A DNA stretch of 64,000 nt from Plasmodiophora brassicae (lineage: Eukaryota), in assembly GCA_036867785.1 (NCBI GenBank), contig CP145425.1, forward strand, positions 124,001-188,000, read 5' to 3'. Positions 34,544 through 48,075 of this stretch are shown one piece after another. The translations under genes and the position numbers were made by a program. Position 1 is the first letter of the stretch. Every line of letters begins with the position of its first letter. The notes below the pieces were generated by a model that saw only the letters and a list, made by a program, of their open reading frames with translations, had not been told where the DNA came from and did no database searches.

Positions 34544-37147
34544 ATGGACCCGGTCGTCGCCGCCATCGTCGACGCATCGTCGCGCGTCGATGATTCCGCC
34601 CAGGACTCGCCCGATTTCTGGCGGTCGATCACGTCGGCGCGGTCCAGGGCGGAGCTGCTGGCCAACGCCGCGTCGCCGGCCGCGTCCGCGTTCGCGCCGT
34701 TCTTCGCGTGCGGCGACGACGAGGCGCTGCGGAAGTCCACCGAGGGATGGTCCGCGTATCGCACGTTCCTCGGCAAGGCGGGCGCCAAGGACCACGAGAA
34801 GTTCGCCGGGCTGCTGTCCAACCTGGCCGGCACCCGGTCGCTCCTGGACAAATCGGTCCAGGCGACGTTCGTGGCGCCGCTCGCCGCGTTCAACGCCCGC
34901 GGCCTCGAGGAGCTCAATCGAACGAAACGCGCCTACGACATGCTTAACGAGCCGTATCTCGCCAGCGTGAAGAAGTTCCTGCAGACCAAGGTGGTCGTGG
35001 GTCGCGCGTAACCACGCTGCACGGTTGCTGATTGCCACGGTTCAGGTGGATCCGGCGGCTGCCCCGGCCGTGCAGGCGTCGCTGGCGGCGCAACAGAAGG
35101 AGTTGGCGATCGGGAAACAGTTCATCGACATTACAAGGTTCGATGTGGAAACGAAGGCGGAGGAGCTGGAGCGGGACGTCACCGTGAACGTTCTGCGGCC
35201 TCTGTACGAGTGCCTGCAAGCGCATTGGGAGTACTTCCATTCCGGGTACAGCATGATGCAGCGGTTCAAGGACAGCATCGACGAGCTCAAGCTCGTTGTC
35301 GAGGAGCTGGAGTCCCGTCAGCAGGACCAGACGGCACATCGTCGCCTTCAGCGACGTCAGCTCGAGAAGGTACGCACCCGGGTGGCTTGTGCTGAACCCT
35401 CTCTTACGGCCTGCTCTATCTTTCAAGGCGACGTCCACGCGTTCTGAAACGGTGCAAGCGTTCTCTAGCGGTGGATCGGCGGCGCCTCTCGGTATTCGGG
35501 ACCTGGACGAAAGGACGAGGCCGCTGGACCCATTGGAGGAAGCAGCACTGCCGACATCGATGCAGAACTATCTGTGGGTGCAGTCGTCCAATTCTGCACC
35601 TGGTCAGGCGCCTCTGCCGTTGACGCGAGCGTGGTGCCAGCTGGACAACCACCAGCTCGCGGTCAGCGTGCCCTGCCAGCCAAAGTTCGTCATCGACCTG
35701 CTCCTGTGCACTGTGAAGCAAGCGCGCGACCTGAACGTCCAGTTCGCGTTCCACGTCATCTCACCGACCATGCAGTTGACGTTCCAGGCGCTGAGCAACG
35801 AATCCATGATGCTGTGGATGGACTGCATCCAGCGTGGCATTCTTCACCAGCTGAAGACGCAGCGGCGGGCCAGTGCCAGCAACGCCAACGAGGAGTCGAC
35901 GTTGGAAGAACTGTGGGCCGTCCCTGGGAACGAGTTCTGCGCCGACTGTGGCGCGCCGCGACCCGACTGGACGTCGCGTAACCTTGGCATCATGATCTGC
36001 CAGGACTGCAGCGGCATTCATCGATCCCTGGGGACGCACATCAGCAAAGTCAGGTCGTTGCGCCTTGACCGGCTTGACGATAGCCTGCTCCAGGTAATGG
36101 TCATCGTCATGTGCCCTGGAAACAACCGTCGCTGAACATGTCTGTCGTGTAGTTCATTAAGGCTGTCGGCAATACGAATTCCAACGCCATCTGGCTGTCC
36201 GATCTGCCTTCGGATGTACGACTCCCGAGCTGGGAAGACTCAAGGTACGGTCGAGATTCGGTGTTGGCGCAGGCCGCCCGTGACGAATTTGTGCAGGGAA
36301 TGCAGGATGGATGCCATCTCGAGCAAGTATTCCGGTCGTTACCTGAAGAGGCCCAGCTGGACGAAGGAGGCAATCAACTTGGTACGAATCCCTGTTGTGC
36401 ATTCCCGTGTCGCTACCTGGCCTGACAGTTCGAAGGCCATGTTCGACGCCATCGAGCGGAACGACCTGTTCGAGGGCATGCGGTTGATTGCCCTGGGAGC
36501 GGATCCGTGCTGGGTCAACGAGAACGAAGAGATGCGGACGGCCGTACATCAGGCAGTCGACAGAGGCCTTGAGGTTTACGTTGAGATGCTGTGCGCGAAT
36601 GGTAATGCCAGCGCACAGGACTTTCGCCCTGTACCATCCTCACGTCCGTCTAGGTGCGTCGCTTGTCGTAGTCGAGGCTCGAGGATGGACCCCGTTGCAT
36701 TATGCAGTACGGCGCGTTGTTCCTGCGTTTGTTTGTGTCTAACGTGATGAATGATTTCAGGCGTATCGGGATAACGCGCCCATCGTCCGTCTGTTGCTGA
36801 GACGCGGGTCGAACGTTCTCCTGACGGATCATCAAGGGATGGACCCGCTCACAGTCAGTTGTGAATACGAATGCGACATCGTGAGGTCGATTCTGCAAGA
36901 AGCGCATAAGGCGGCCACCCAGCGACAGGTGTCTGCTGTATGCACGGTACCATGTCGTGTCACGTTCTGACTGTGTCCCCAGGCCGAGCAAGATATCGCC
37001 GCGCGTGCGCTTTCCCCCGAATCCGCTCTGCCATCACACAGTACTTCGTCGTTCCCTTCATCCGGCCATGGCAAGATGCGAAGTCGCCTAGGGACGCTGT
37101 TCCGCCGGGAAACGAAATCCCACGACATGCCGTCTGCATCGCGATAA
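34544..37147 (+). CDS. BAR-PH-ArfGAP-ankyrin protein (ACAP/AGD type)
   Basis: QDSPDFWRSI BAR start, PH (IDLLLCTVK..FHVISP..LTFQA..MMLWM), CADCGAPRPDWTSRNLGIMICQDCSGIHRSLGTHISKVRSL and ankyrin-like GWTPLHYA. Confidence 0.92.
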
Positions 37148-37376
37148 CCATGTGTCCCTTAACACGAGGCTTGCTTCGTATATTGTAATGTAATGAACAA
37201 GCGTCTTAAGGACGTCCTCGCGTGTCTCCACCAATGTTGTGAATGCTCGAATAGAACGCGAGAAGCGATGCCAGGAGCTTTGGGTTGACCTAGTGGGGGG
37301 TGTACGTGGGCGTGTATGGCTTCAGTGTGCTGCACCCTGGTAGGTAGGCTGGCGACTATATCGTGCTGTACTGGGA

Positions 37377-40300
37377 TCAGGCGACTGAGAAGACAGTACC
37401 GCAGAACGGGCAGCTGAATCGCTGTTCCGCCTTGCCGTTGACGTATAAGACGTTGGTGAGCTTGGCGCAGGTTGGGCATTGAACCTGCGCGCAGAGCAAC
37501 GCTATCAGAAATTCAGATGCGCGCCAAGACCCGTCACCCTGCCAACCGTGATCATGCCCTTGTCGTCGAGGAAGTCGGCGGTGACCTTCCGTTCGTGGGC
37601 ATCCTGCTTCTCTGCCTTGTTCTTCTCACCGGGCGCCTTGAACTCATCCGCCGACTTATCGGTTGACATGGTCCTGCCCCCAAACGGTCAGCTGACGCCG
37701 GCGCTCCTCCAAGCTCGGTTTGTACCGTTTCTTCTTCGTCTTCTTCGTCGGTTTGCCCGCTTTGGCTATCGCTAGTTCCTCTGCAACGCCCAGCGGGGTC
37801 ACACATGAGCATTAGGGCAGCGTTCAGATGCTCCACCTGTAATCGGTGGTTCTGGTTGTAGCTGCCGCAGCGACGCCGTCTTCAGGAACGCGTCCGCATA
37901 CGGGCTCTGATCGTGCATGTGGTACCTGGATGACGTCAGCGGCCCCTGGGTCGCAGGAAACACACGCCACCAAGCGCATACGATTCGATTGGGATGCCAT
38001 GTCGCAGGGCGGCAAAGTAGTCGAGGATATCGTCCTCGGCCTTCTTGACCTCGAAACGCGCCCGTCTCCTGAAGCAGAACCTCAGCTGCCATACTTGCCT
38101 AGACAGCTGTCGCGCATGGTTGGAAACGAGACTGCGACGATAGGAGGGGCGGTCGTCACTTACGTTGCCGAACGTGACCAAGATGAACACCGCCAGTAGC
38201 GCGTACCCATTGACGTTTCGAATGCGAGCGTATAGGTCGTCGATGCCGCCCACCCGCATCTGCTGGCATACGAGGTTAGGCCCAGACGCGGGACAGAGAT
38301 CCAGACTCCTGCGACCGAATTAATGATGTTGTCGACAGCCGAGCTCCCCAGCGCGATCGGAGGCACGACGTCCGGTGCCGTATATATCCAGATCGCGATG
38401 GCTGGCGACCGTCAGGGCACAGTACGAGCGCTGGGGCATGCCGACGGCGTACCTGTATGCAGGACGATGGCGTACTGGCTTATGGCTAGCGTGAACATGG
38501 CCAGCTCCTCGTCGAGTTTCGGTGGCGTTCTGTAGAACCGCAACAGCGACACCTGGCACAAGGGTCAGCCTTCCAGCGTATCACGTCATGGTGAACGAAC
38601 CTTGTCGCAGAGGTACGCCAGCGCGAACGTCAGCGACGCAGTGCATAGTAGAACAGGTAGCCCCGACGAGTATAGCAACGACACGAACAACGTGTTCAGG
38701 GCGGCCGCGTATCGGTCGCTCAGCTTGAATTCCTTCCCCGCGTATAGCTCGTTCAGCTCCTGCACAGGTTTCAAACGCGAATCGATGGCTGGTTCCAGTG
38801 CCAGCACCTTCTGCGTCTTGATACGTGGACCTCGGAATCGTCGATACAGGGCCGACAACGGGATTCGGATCACAGGGATGATGTGCGGGTTGAACACGTT
38901 CAGGATCATCGTGAACGTCAAAGACGTGCCGACTTCGCCGTACCATCCGGTGCTGAAGTCGGCGTACTGCCCATGGAAGATGCTTCCCAGGCCGATGACG
39001 CTCAGATCGCCGTTGACGAGAACGTTCAGTATCCCTGGTCCACACTCGTCACTCCGAGAAACAATCGGTAGCGGGTCACCCTGTACTTAAACGAACCTGT
39101 GTTGATGAAAAGGCCCATGAACAGCTTCAAGGTGATGGCACGTTCCTGGGACGAGACCGTACTGTGTTTCTCCCAACGGACAAGCGCGACAACAGTCGTC
39201 TTCAGCAGCACGTTGATGATGACAACCGTGATGGCGATCATTGCAGACAGTAGCTGGGGTACAGTCTCAGTCGATACCTTGGCAGCGCATCGCAGAACCG
39301 ACTTTCGCCTGCACTTGTCCAGTGGCGTAGGCACCACATACGTCGCTCTGCTCTACGAGCTGAGTAGACGTCAACGATGCACAATAGCAATCGACGCCGA
39401 CGCCGTTCAACGCGTCTCGTCGAGTCGGCACCGAGTTCGGATCGCATTGCACCTGCGAATGTGACAGCTCCACTTGCATCTGTGAAGCCTATATCGAATA
39501 AAATCAGTGCCAGACTCGCCCACTCACGAAAATGGCAACCTTGAAGATGACAATTAACGACACCGCCATTAATGCGACGGTGGCCAGGAAGGTGGTCAGG
39601 CGTCGGAGTCGCCGCGAGGCCTCCGAGTACTTCAGGTTGTGGAACAGGATGTTTGACGGTTCGACGGCTTGCAACACCTTGATCCGATGGCCCTTGAATC
39701 GCAGATTGTCCGGCATGAACAGCACAGATGCCCTTGGCAAGATCAGTTGACAACATTGATTCGCGGGTGTAGGCCCGATACCATGTGTTCGGGTACTGCA
39801 ACAGGCATGCGTCCTTGGAACTGCTCGCGTTAAAAGTCACATAAGCGTCCACTGCGACTCGCTTGAAGGCCTCCTAAAACCGCATTCTTGTTCCACGAGG
39901 GCCAGCCAACGACTTGAACGCAGAAGTACCTTGAATTTGTGCAGCTTCTCGTCGAACTTCTCGACCTTCTCGTTATGCTTGTTGATCTCAGGCTCCAGTT
40001 CCGCGGCGGGTCTGTCCATGGCGCGGATCTTGACGAGTTCGTGCTTCAGTTTGGCTCTCTGCAGGTACATCTGAACGAGCTCGCTGTCGTTGAAGCAGAT
40101 CACACAGTCGGCGACCTTGCCCCATCGTTCCTAGTCGGTCCATAATCAGGATCCCAGCATTCTCCTTCACAGCGCGGCTGGTCAACCTGAAAGAACTGGA
40201 AGAGCTCCATTCGATCGGTTAAGTCGGGAGGCAGGTTCTGCACCCGAACCGTGAAATCGGAGGCAGTGATCTCCGTGGTATTCGACAGGGTGACTTCCTT

Positions 40301-41116
40301 CACAAACGACCGTCGCAAGTGCCACAAGAAAACAACGAAGTAGGCGATGATAAGGATGTCCAGTCCAGTCAGGACGGCGCCCACTTCCCGCTTGTCAACT
40401 TGCAGACCGACAAACGGTAGCGCAATAGTCGACGAGTTCGCTATGTTCATGTCGTCAGTTAACCGCTGAGCTCTCAACAGTATGGTATCCGTACTGCTAG
40501 GAAGGCCGCCTAACATTGTCTTTTCGACCTTAATACCCGATGCCCGCACCTCCTGGTTTGGGCTCTGGACGCGGGCTTCAGTGATGATGAGATGTGACGG
40601 GTACGTAGGCTCATACGTTACCGTCCAGCACATGAATATTTGTGGAGCCGACAGGACCAGCATAACGAGGAACGCCACTGCCAGCTTCTTCAGCATTGTG
40701 AAACTGAGCATTCGCATGTCAAACACGAGTCACTTGAACGGTTTAGCCGCTGGCGAACGTACTACAGAAGAACGCCTTTCCCGAACTGCGCAAAGTCCTC
40801 GAACGCGCAGATGGGGTAGGGAACCGGCCGCCCGCTCGTGTTCTTCGCATGAGGACACGTCCTATTCCTAAACTCGATCGCAGCTTGGACCGATACGGCT
40901 GGACCTCCCTGAAACGAAGCCATCATTTAGGAACTTCAAGTATTGTCGTTCCGTACGGTCAACGCATACGTCGCCGTTGTTTCCAATGTCAACGACAACG
41001 TGCTTGTCGCCTGGCGCGGACGCCAGCGGCGTTTGGTTGCCCGGTTCGCCGGTTGCTGGTGCGACACTCGCCGAACTATACTTGCCTGCGGATACCCGGG
41101 CTCGATTGTTCACCAT
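37377..41116 (-). CDS. OSCA/TMEM63/TMC-superfamily multi-pass cation channel with a C-terminal zinc ribbon (start approximate)
   Basis: ITASDFTVRVQNLP, AYVTFN, AVEPSNILFHNL, WEKHSTVS..LKLF..FINT, YADFSTGWY, SLLYSSGLP and LLRFYRTPP motifs. The last exon reads VQCPTC..FSCPFCGTVFSVA*. Confidence 0.85.
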
Positions 41117-41425
41117 CGTCCCACCGTCCAGGGGCGCCCGTAATGATTCATCCAGCGGCACTGAGACTGCAAGTCATCATTACCACGTCGCCCAACGTTA
41201 CCCGTGCGGTAGGTGCTCACGAGGAGGCCGCCGCCCACTACGCAAAAAACGTCAGTCCCGGTGTTTCTATTTCTATTCTGCGACGTGTACCCGGTCCGAT
41301 GCGCTCAGTCAGGCGCGCCGGACCCAAAACGTGCCCGCGGGTCCGCGAGAATATTGGGCGCCTGCCGACCACTCGGCACTGCGCTGGCTGCGTGCGCGTG
41401 ATCGCCGCTGCCTGGCGGCCTGACG

Positions 41426-42505
41426 ATGCCGCCTGGCCGGTCCAAGGCCTGCTCGACGTGCTGGCTCCGGCGGACGAAATGCGACGGGCGGCGGCCCTGC
41501 GGGCGCTGCGAACGTCTGCTCATTCGGGACTGCAGGGATCGGGATCCGGCACCGCAGGACGGCCGCGGACATCGCCCACGACTGGAGCGGGCGTGCACGC
41601 CTTGCGCCGCCAGTAAGGTCCGATGCGAGGCGGACCGGCCGTGCCGACGATGCGTCCGGCTGGGCATCGCGCGGCGATGTTGCGAGGCGGATTCGATCGA
41701 ATGTCTGTCCGTCGAGTCATTGCTCGTTGCGCCGGTCGCCCTGCCGGAATCGCTGACGACCCTGTTTCGCCATGCGCACCGCATGTTCGACCGGGACTCT
41801 ATTCGAAGCCTGCGCCACAATGTGTAAGAAGTGTCACTTCGGAGCCGTTGACGAGAATAGTGTGTCTCATTGCGTGATCCGTCAGGCCAGCATACTTACG
41901 CAGCCTGGCAGGGTTCATACTGAAGCCGCACGACCTGCAGTCCGTCGAGGAAGAGATATGCGGCGATATGACATACGATGAGATCGTTCCGCCGACTGCG
42001 GTGGTGGCGGGCAGTTCTCCGCGGAGCACGCGTTGGCAAACGCCAATGATTATTTTTACAGCTCTGATACCTGGTAAGGCCGGATGGGCGCCACCTGATG
42101 ATATGATGCCCTGATCCTATCATACCTGTTTGACTTACAGGAGATGGTGGCCCTGCTGTCCGTATAGCGACGCCGAACCCGGCGGCGTCGGACCTTCTGG
42201 GGTATACCCAGCAGGAGATGGCTGCTGCGACCGCTGATTATAATAGCCGACCACATGGGGAATTCATATCGCCTCTCTTCAAGCTGATCCACCCGAGCTC
42301 ATGGCCGGCAGTCGCGTACGCGTTCTGCCGGGACTGGATGTTCGGATGCGTAACGATAGATTTCGGCCGGATCACTCTGCTCAGGAAAGACGCACTCCCC
42401 GTCGAGGCGTTCGTGTCCATGACCATCAGAAGACACGTCAGTCCATCACCTGGAGGACCGATTATCAGCCACCATATCGTTGATATCAATGTAGCGGACC
42501 CTTGA
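41426..42505 (+). CDS. Transcription factor paralog 1: two Zn(II)2Cys6 clusters plus a C-terminal PAS-like domain
   Basis: CSTCWLRRTKCDGRRPCGRCERLLIRDC and CTPCAASKVRCEADRPCRRCVRLGIARRC, then NPAASDLLGYTQQEM..LIHP..LLRKD. Introns at 41824-41885 and 42074-42140. Confidence 0.9.
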
Positions 42506-43119
42506 GCGTTCCCTTTGCTAGTGTTATCCCAGGCCTCGATGGATGTGCGCGGTGGGCAAATGACGTTCACGGGGATTGTTGCACATGATCAACACTCACC
42601 AGTCATGAGTCCACCCGATCCGGCACCTCCCGACCCGTCCAGGGTCCCTTTCTTGCCGGCGCGGGAAAGAAGACCAGGAGTAAAGAATGTGGCCCATTGA
42701 TTGCAGCACTTTGTGCGATTGTCGGCGAAACGGTCATCAACAGTCAGCCGTGTGCGACATTGTAGTCGTGGTATTGCTCGGATATCGGTACACGCATCAT
42801 CTTGTGATCGACCAAAGTCATGTCATGGACTGATCACCTGACATATCAGGGCACTTTCTGGCTCCAAACGGCAATACCGATGTCGGAGCGACACAAGACG
42901 TACGATACCGGGGAACCCTGTGCAGCTGGCAGCGCCACGCGCCTACGAATGCGAGTGTCCAGGGTGGGGCTCTGCGCGCGGCGATCCAAACAACCACCCC
43001 GGACGGCCCCGCGAGGACTTGGGCCTGCGCGTGCCCGCTCCGCGCGCGCGGCGCAAATCAATCGAACCATCGGAGTCAATAATTTTGGCTCGACACGGTC
43101 ACGTACGAGGTGGTTAGCG

Positions 43120-44186
43120 ATGCACCACCAACGCAAGCCAAAGACCTGTGAGACGTGCTGGCTCCGGAGGACGAGATGCGATGGGCGGCGACCATGCGAG
43201 CGCTGCCAGCGGCTGCTTATTCCAGACTGTCGTGATCGGGATTATCCTGATGGGCAAGACCGTCGGGAGAGCCACCCACGAGTGGAGCGGGCATGTCCGC
43301 CTTGTGCGGCTGGCAAGGTTCGTTGCGAAACAGACCGTCCATGTCGACGCTGCATCCGTCGGGGTATCGCAACGCGTTGCTGCGGAATCGCCCCGGTCTG
43401 GTATGATCTCGCGATTGTGTCGTCGTTTCTGACCATGCCGATTGCCCAACCGGAATCGTTGACATGCTTTTTCCGATCCGCACATCACATGTTCACTCGC
43501 GACGTCATCCTTTGCAGTGACGTGTGAGGACTGTATGTACCTGCTCGTCTCCTGTGGAATTGACAGTCAATGGGTTGTCCAGCCAAGCGTACCTTCGACA
43601 GCTGGGTGCAATGGTGCTGAAGCCGCACGACCTCCGAGCCGTGGAAGATGATATCACCAGCGGTGTTTCGTGGAACGAGACCGTTCCGCTTCCTGTAATT
43701 ACGGCTGGTTCTGCATCTGGCCTGGGTTGCTGTCGCCCAATGGTTATCTTTACTGCTGTGATACCTGGTAAGTTCGTGTACGTCGACATTCAGGTGCTAT
43801 ATCCCTTCCTTATTGTATCATCAACAGGAGATGGTAGCCCTACTGTTCGTGTGGCAACCCCAAACCCGTCCGCGTCGGTCCTGCTGGGCTACTCACAGCA
43901 GGACATGACTGCTGCAACTGCTGAATATAACAGCCGACCCCATGGAGAGTTCCTGTCGCCGTTCTTCAAACTATTTCACCCGGCTTCATGGCCGACGGTG
44001 GCCTGGGCTTTGTGCCGGGTCTGGTTGTTCGGATGGGACGCGGCAGAGTTTGGCCGAGTGACGCTGCTCCGGAAAGACGCACGCCCGGTGGACGCGTTCG
44101 TTTCCATGACGATCAGAAAGCATGTCTGCACGTCGCCTAGACCATCCAGAACGACTCATTTCATCTTGGATATCAATACATGTTAA
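43120..44186 (+). CDS. Transcription factor paralog 2: two Zn(II)2Cys6 clusters plus a PAS-like domain
   Basis: CETCWLRRTRCDGRRPCERC..C and CPPCAAGKVRCETDRPCRRC..C, then NPSASVLLGYSQQDM. Introns at 43524-43582 and 43768-43827, in the same positions as paralog 1. Confidence 0.9.
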
Positions 44187-44636
44187 CTGGGCGATTTAGC
44201 CTTAATCCGCTGTTACACTTGATATTGTCGTTATTCTCGTTTCACCGCGCGCTGTTGTAGACCGAACCGCCAACTAGGCCCTGAGAGCGCCAGGCTACAA
44301 GAGCAGCTGCTCTCGTGGCTAGTAATTGACAATCTGATCTACACTGTTACCGGGAACAGGCCCCGATCCTTCTTGCTTCTGAACGCGCCCCCCGCCACAG
44401 CTGATCTTCTTGAAACGGTTGCCTTCAGGATGACTGCATTGAGCCACCCGGGTGTTCTTTCAGTGGCGAGGACCCCGGTCAGGTCCGGATCACACAGCAT
44501 GCAACAGGTTCCCAGTTACCGTAGTCGACCCTGGGGGCCAATAAGCTTGCTATCTGCGAGGTTGCGGAAACTGCGGCACGCGGGGCCCCGTAATGTTGAC
44601 TTGCGCGTCACTCGTGAGCCCGCCGGTGACTAGAGG

Positions 44637-45730
44637 ATGTGCGCTTCCAGGCCAAAGGCCTGCTCAGTGTGCTGGCTTCGTCGGACGAAATGCGATGGTG
44701 GGCGACCATGTGCGCGCTGTGCGCGCCTGTTCATTCCAGACTGCCGAGATAGGGATCCCGCCCCGCAGAACGGCCGCGGGCACCGCCAGAGGTTGGGGAG
44801 GGCGTGCCCGCCTTGCGCGACTAGTAAAGTTCGTTGCGACACCGATCGTCCGTGTCGACGCTGCATACGTCTCGGCATCACGACGCGGTGCGGCGAGGTC
44901 GAACCAATCTGGTGCCTGGCTGTTGCGTCGCTCCTAACGACGCCTGCGGCCCAGCCGGAATCGTTGATTTGCTTGCTTCGCACTGCCCATCGGATATTTG
45001 ACCGCGACACTGTCCTACGTAACGACGTGTGAGAGCAATGGGTTGCCTGCCAGTTCTCGTTACTGGCAAATTGGAACGGAACGCCGGATGCTTATGTATA
45101 TATGATTGACAACCAGGCAATCGTACTGCCGGAGTCTAGGCGGGCGGGTACTGAAACCGGACGATGTCCGTTTCATTGAGCGAGAAATCTGGAGCGGCGT
45201 GGCCTGGAACGAGGTGGTCCCGCCTCCTGTCCTCGTTTCGCCGAGTTCCCCGCGTGACGTCGACTGGCAACGTCCAATGGTTATCTTTACTGCTGTAATA
45301 CCCGGTTCGGCCTGGCGTGATGGTCTGCCATCGTGGACTGGTAATCATTATTTTCATAGGAGATGGTGGGCCCACTGTTCGTATACAGACCCCGAACCCG
45401 TCCGCGACGACCCTGCTGGGCTACACGCAGCAGGAGATGGCCGCTGCCACAGCTGATTATAACAGTCGCCCACATGGGGAATTCCTGTCGACGTTCTTCA
45501 AGGTGTTCCACCCAGCATCATGGCCGACGCTCGTCTACTCCCTGTGTCGTCACTGGATGCTCGGGACGGACACGGTCGAATTCGGTCGGGTGACATTGCT
45601 TCGCAAAGACGCGCGCCCCGTGGACGCCTTCGCTACCATGACCATCAGGAAACAAAGCGGCTGCTCCTCGCCTACTGGGCCCACCATCACAGTTCACCAC
45701 ATCATGGATATCGATGTCATTGACGCGTGA
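44637..45730 (+). CDS. Transcription factor paralog 3: two Zn(II)2Cys6 clusters plus a PAS-like domain
   Basis: CSVCWLRRTKCDGGRPCARC..C and CPPCATSKVRCDTDRPCRRC..C, then NPSATTLLGYTQQEM. Introns at 45029-45116 and 45305-45359. Confidence 0.9.
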
Positions 45731-45850
45731 TAACGCCCCGCGTCTGCTGGACGCGTTTCACCAGCGCAGCAGCTGCATTCTACATACAGCCGACGCCGAT
45801 GGTGTTGCCCACTGAATCCCCGCGGCCGGATCGTGTCGCGGTCGACTCGT

Positions 45851-45869
45851 GGGGGGGGGGGGGGGGGGG
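45851..45869 (+). repeat. G19 homopolymer
   Basis: 19 consecutive G about 125 bp upstream of ATG 45994. Confidence 0.95.
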
Positions 45870-45993
45870 TGGTTCTCTCCGTCGCCTGTTGGGGTTCCGG
45901 CTCCGATGCGATTTTGCAGGTCCGCCGCAGACGGGAGGGGGCGTTCGTGATGCGGGGTCCGCCTTTGATGAATAACGCAGCGCTGTAGACCAT

Positions 45994-47793
45994 ATGGCGG
46001 CGACATCGACGCGACGGGCGACCACTGGCGTATCGGGACGCGGCCCTCGACTAGCGATCCTGTTCGTCGGCGGTCAAGACGTGCCGCCGACGCTGTGCGC
46101 AGCGCTCCAGGCGGCTTTACCGGTAGTTGGGGAGCCTCCCATTTGGCGCACTGAACGCACTCATATCTGTACAGAGCACGGCTGTGGTTGGATATGGGTC
46201 GTCGTGGGTGTCTGTAGAGAGGCTAACGCTGGTGTCGCCGGCTGCATCCGTGCTGGACTCCCTGACGACTTTGCACGCCAAGGTGGCGTTGCCACTCCAA
46301 TTCCGGTATCGTCGAACCTGAATCCTGAACGGTGCAGAATAATGGAAAGCATAGCGACATTGTGGTGTTTTGCACTGGGCAGGAAATGCCACCGCCGGAG
46401 GACGCGCTGGACACGTTCATCGCCATCGACAATGCCCTGAACGATGTAGACTCAGGCATCCGCTCTGCAACTTGTGTTTGGGCTTCTTATTCCACGTATT
46501 GGACTAGCAACAATGTCGTCTTCGAGTTGTTTGCCTGAAGGGGTATGATCTTCGAGACTGGGACCGGCTGCTGGGCGCCTTCGTTACGTAAGGACGAAGC
46601 CCTGGTCTTGTACTGTTTCATGCCGTGCTTTCTTACGATCAGACAGGCGCATCGATGACTGGTCGCACGTTCCTCCGGAGGCCTTATATGACGTCAGCAA
46701 GCTCTGGACCGGGACACTGCAATTGGGGCCGGGCTGCGAACTCCCTGGCGTTGTACTGACCAGCACGAGTTCATCACCGCGGAAGCCAGGGTCGCTGACG
46801 TCGTCGGCGCTTTCCGCGATGAACGACAAGCCTCTTCAGGTTGGTTTTGTTCTATGTGCAAACACGTTGCTGGAGGTTGACGTGCGCCAGGTCGTTGCTC
46901 GTGTTCGCCTATCAACGGTTCCGGTATTCATCTTTCGGAAAGCGGTTCGCGGTCAACTGCGACCGACGTCGGGTCGTGGTGCGACGCATCGTTTGCTGTC
47001 TGTCTGGGCAGCGGGTCGTGGGGCCATGGCTGATGGGCATGGTCTTCTTATGCAGTTCAGTCCCGACTGCATCCTGATGTGCTATGCCGTTGGCGCAGAG
47101 GGATTACACTTTCGGATGCTGTGGTCCACGTCGGAGGAGGCCAAATTGTCTGGCTCCGGCGTGTACTCGTATCTGTGGACTCATGGCTGCGTTGCTGCGA
47201 GCAAGAAGCGCGTTTCCAGGTCCGGCAGTCAACCTAGCCTGCTGGAGGCCGGCGCGGAACGAACCCGAAGCCAGATCCTGTTGGAGAGCGCGCCGCTCGA
47301 CACGCCGAAAGACCTGACCCGGTTCATGCAGTGTCAGCAACAGCTCCGGCAGACGCTGCCCGAGCATCGGAACAGGAGGACCATAGCATCCAGCAGTTCG
47401 AACACGTCAATGGAGGATGCGATGGCCGATCCCAGCATCGAGTATTGCAACGCTGACAGCGCCGGAAACGACGCCATGATTTCGACGTTGCACAAGCTGT
47501 TCCTGCCGAGTCCCTATCGCCGCCTAAGCGGTATTATGCCGGTCATGGATGTTGGCAACGAGGAGAACGTTCGCCCAGTCAACGTCGGCAGTGACAACGC
47601 GGGCGCCCCCGGTGCCGGGCCACGTGACGAGTGCCCCCGACCTGTACAGCCATCACCTCAGGACGCACAGCCGGCGTTACCGGACACGCTTCATCACGAC
47701 ATTGTCACGTTCCTGGTCAACCGGGTGCCCGTGCACGCGCTCGCAGACGCAGCGGCGAAAGTCGAGGACGTTATACGGCGGTCTTGGCTGTGA
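45994..47793 (+). CDS. Uncharacterised multi-exon protein
   Basis: Protein-like exons (PRLAILFVGGQDVP; QEMPPPEDALDTFIAIDNAL; a long 3' exon ending DVIRRSWL*) linked by plausible GT-AG introns. No family recognised. Confidence 0.55.
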
Positions 47794-48075
47794 TGTACAC
47801 TACCAACAACAATACAGTATTTATTCTACGTCGCTTCGACACACCGATAGCGAGTCCCAGGCATCCAGAACGCTGTCGACGTCATCGAGGCAGTGGGCGA
47901 ACAAGACCAGGATAGCCGGTAGGTGGAAACGAGTCAGGACCAGGGAACGTATTCGTCTCTCGGGCCACCGCAGCCACCAGCGTGTTTCAAATATTCGACG
48001 ATTTATTCACGAAAGCGGGAACCGACGCGGTGTCGCCCACAAAAATCATCCCAGGATGGTGGTTGCACATGATGC

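Noticed and set aside
37377-37790. Separate small Lys-rich (histone-like) gene
   Set aside because: It splices in frame as the C-terminus of the channel gene and has no histone fold.
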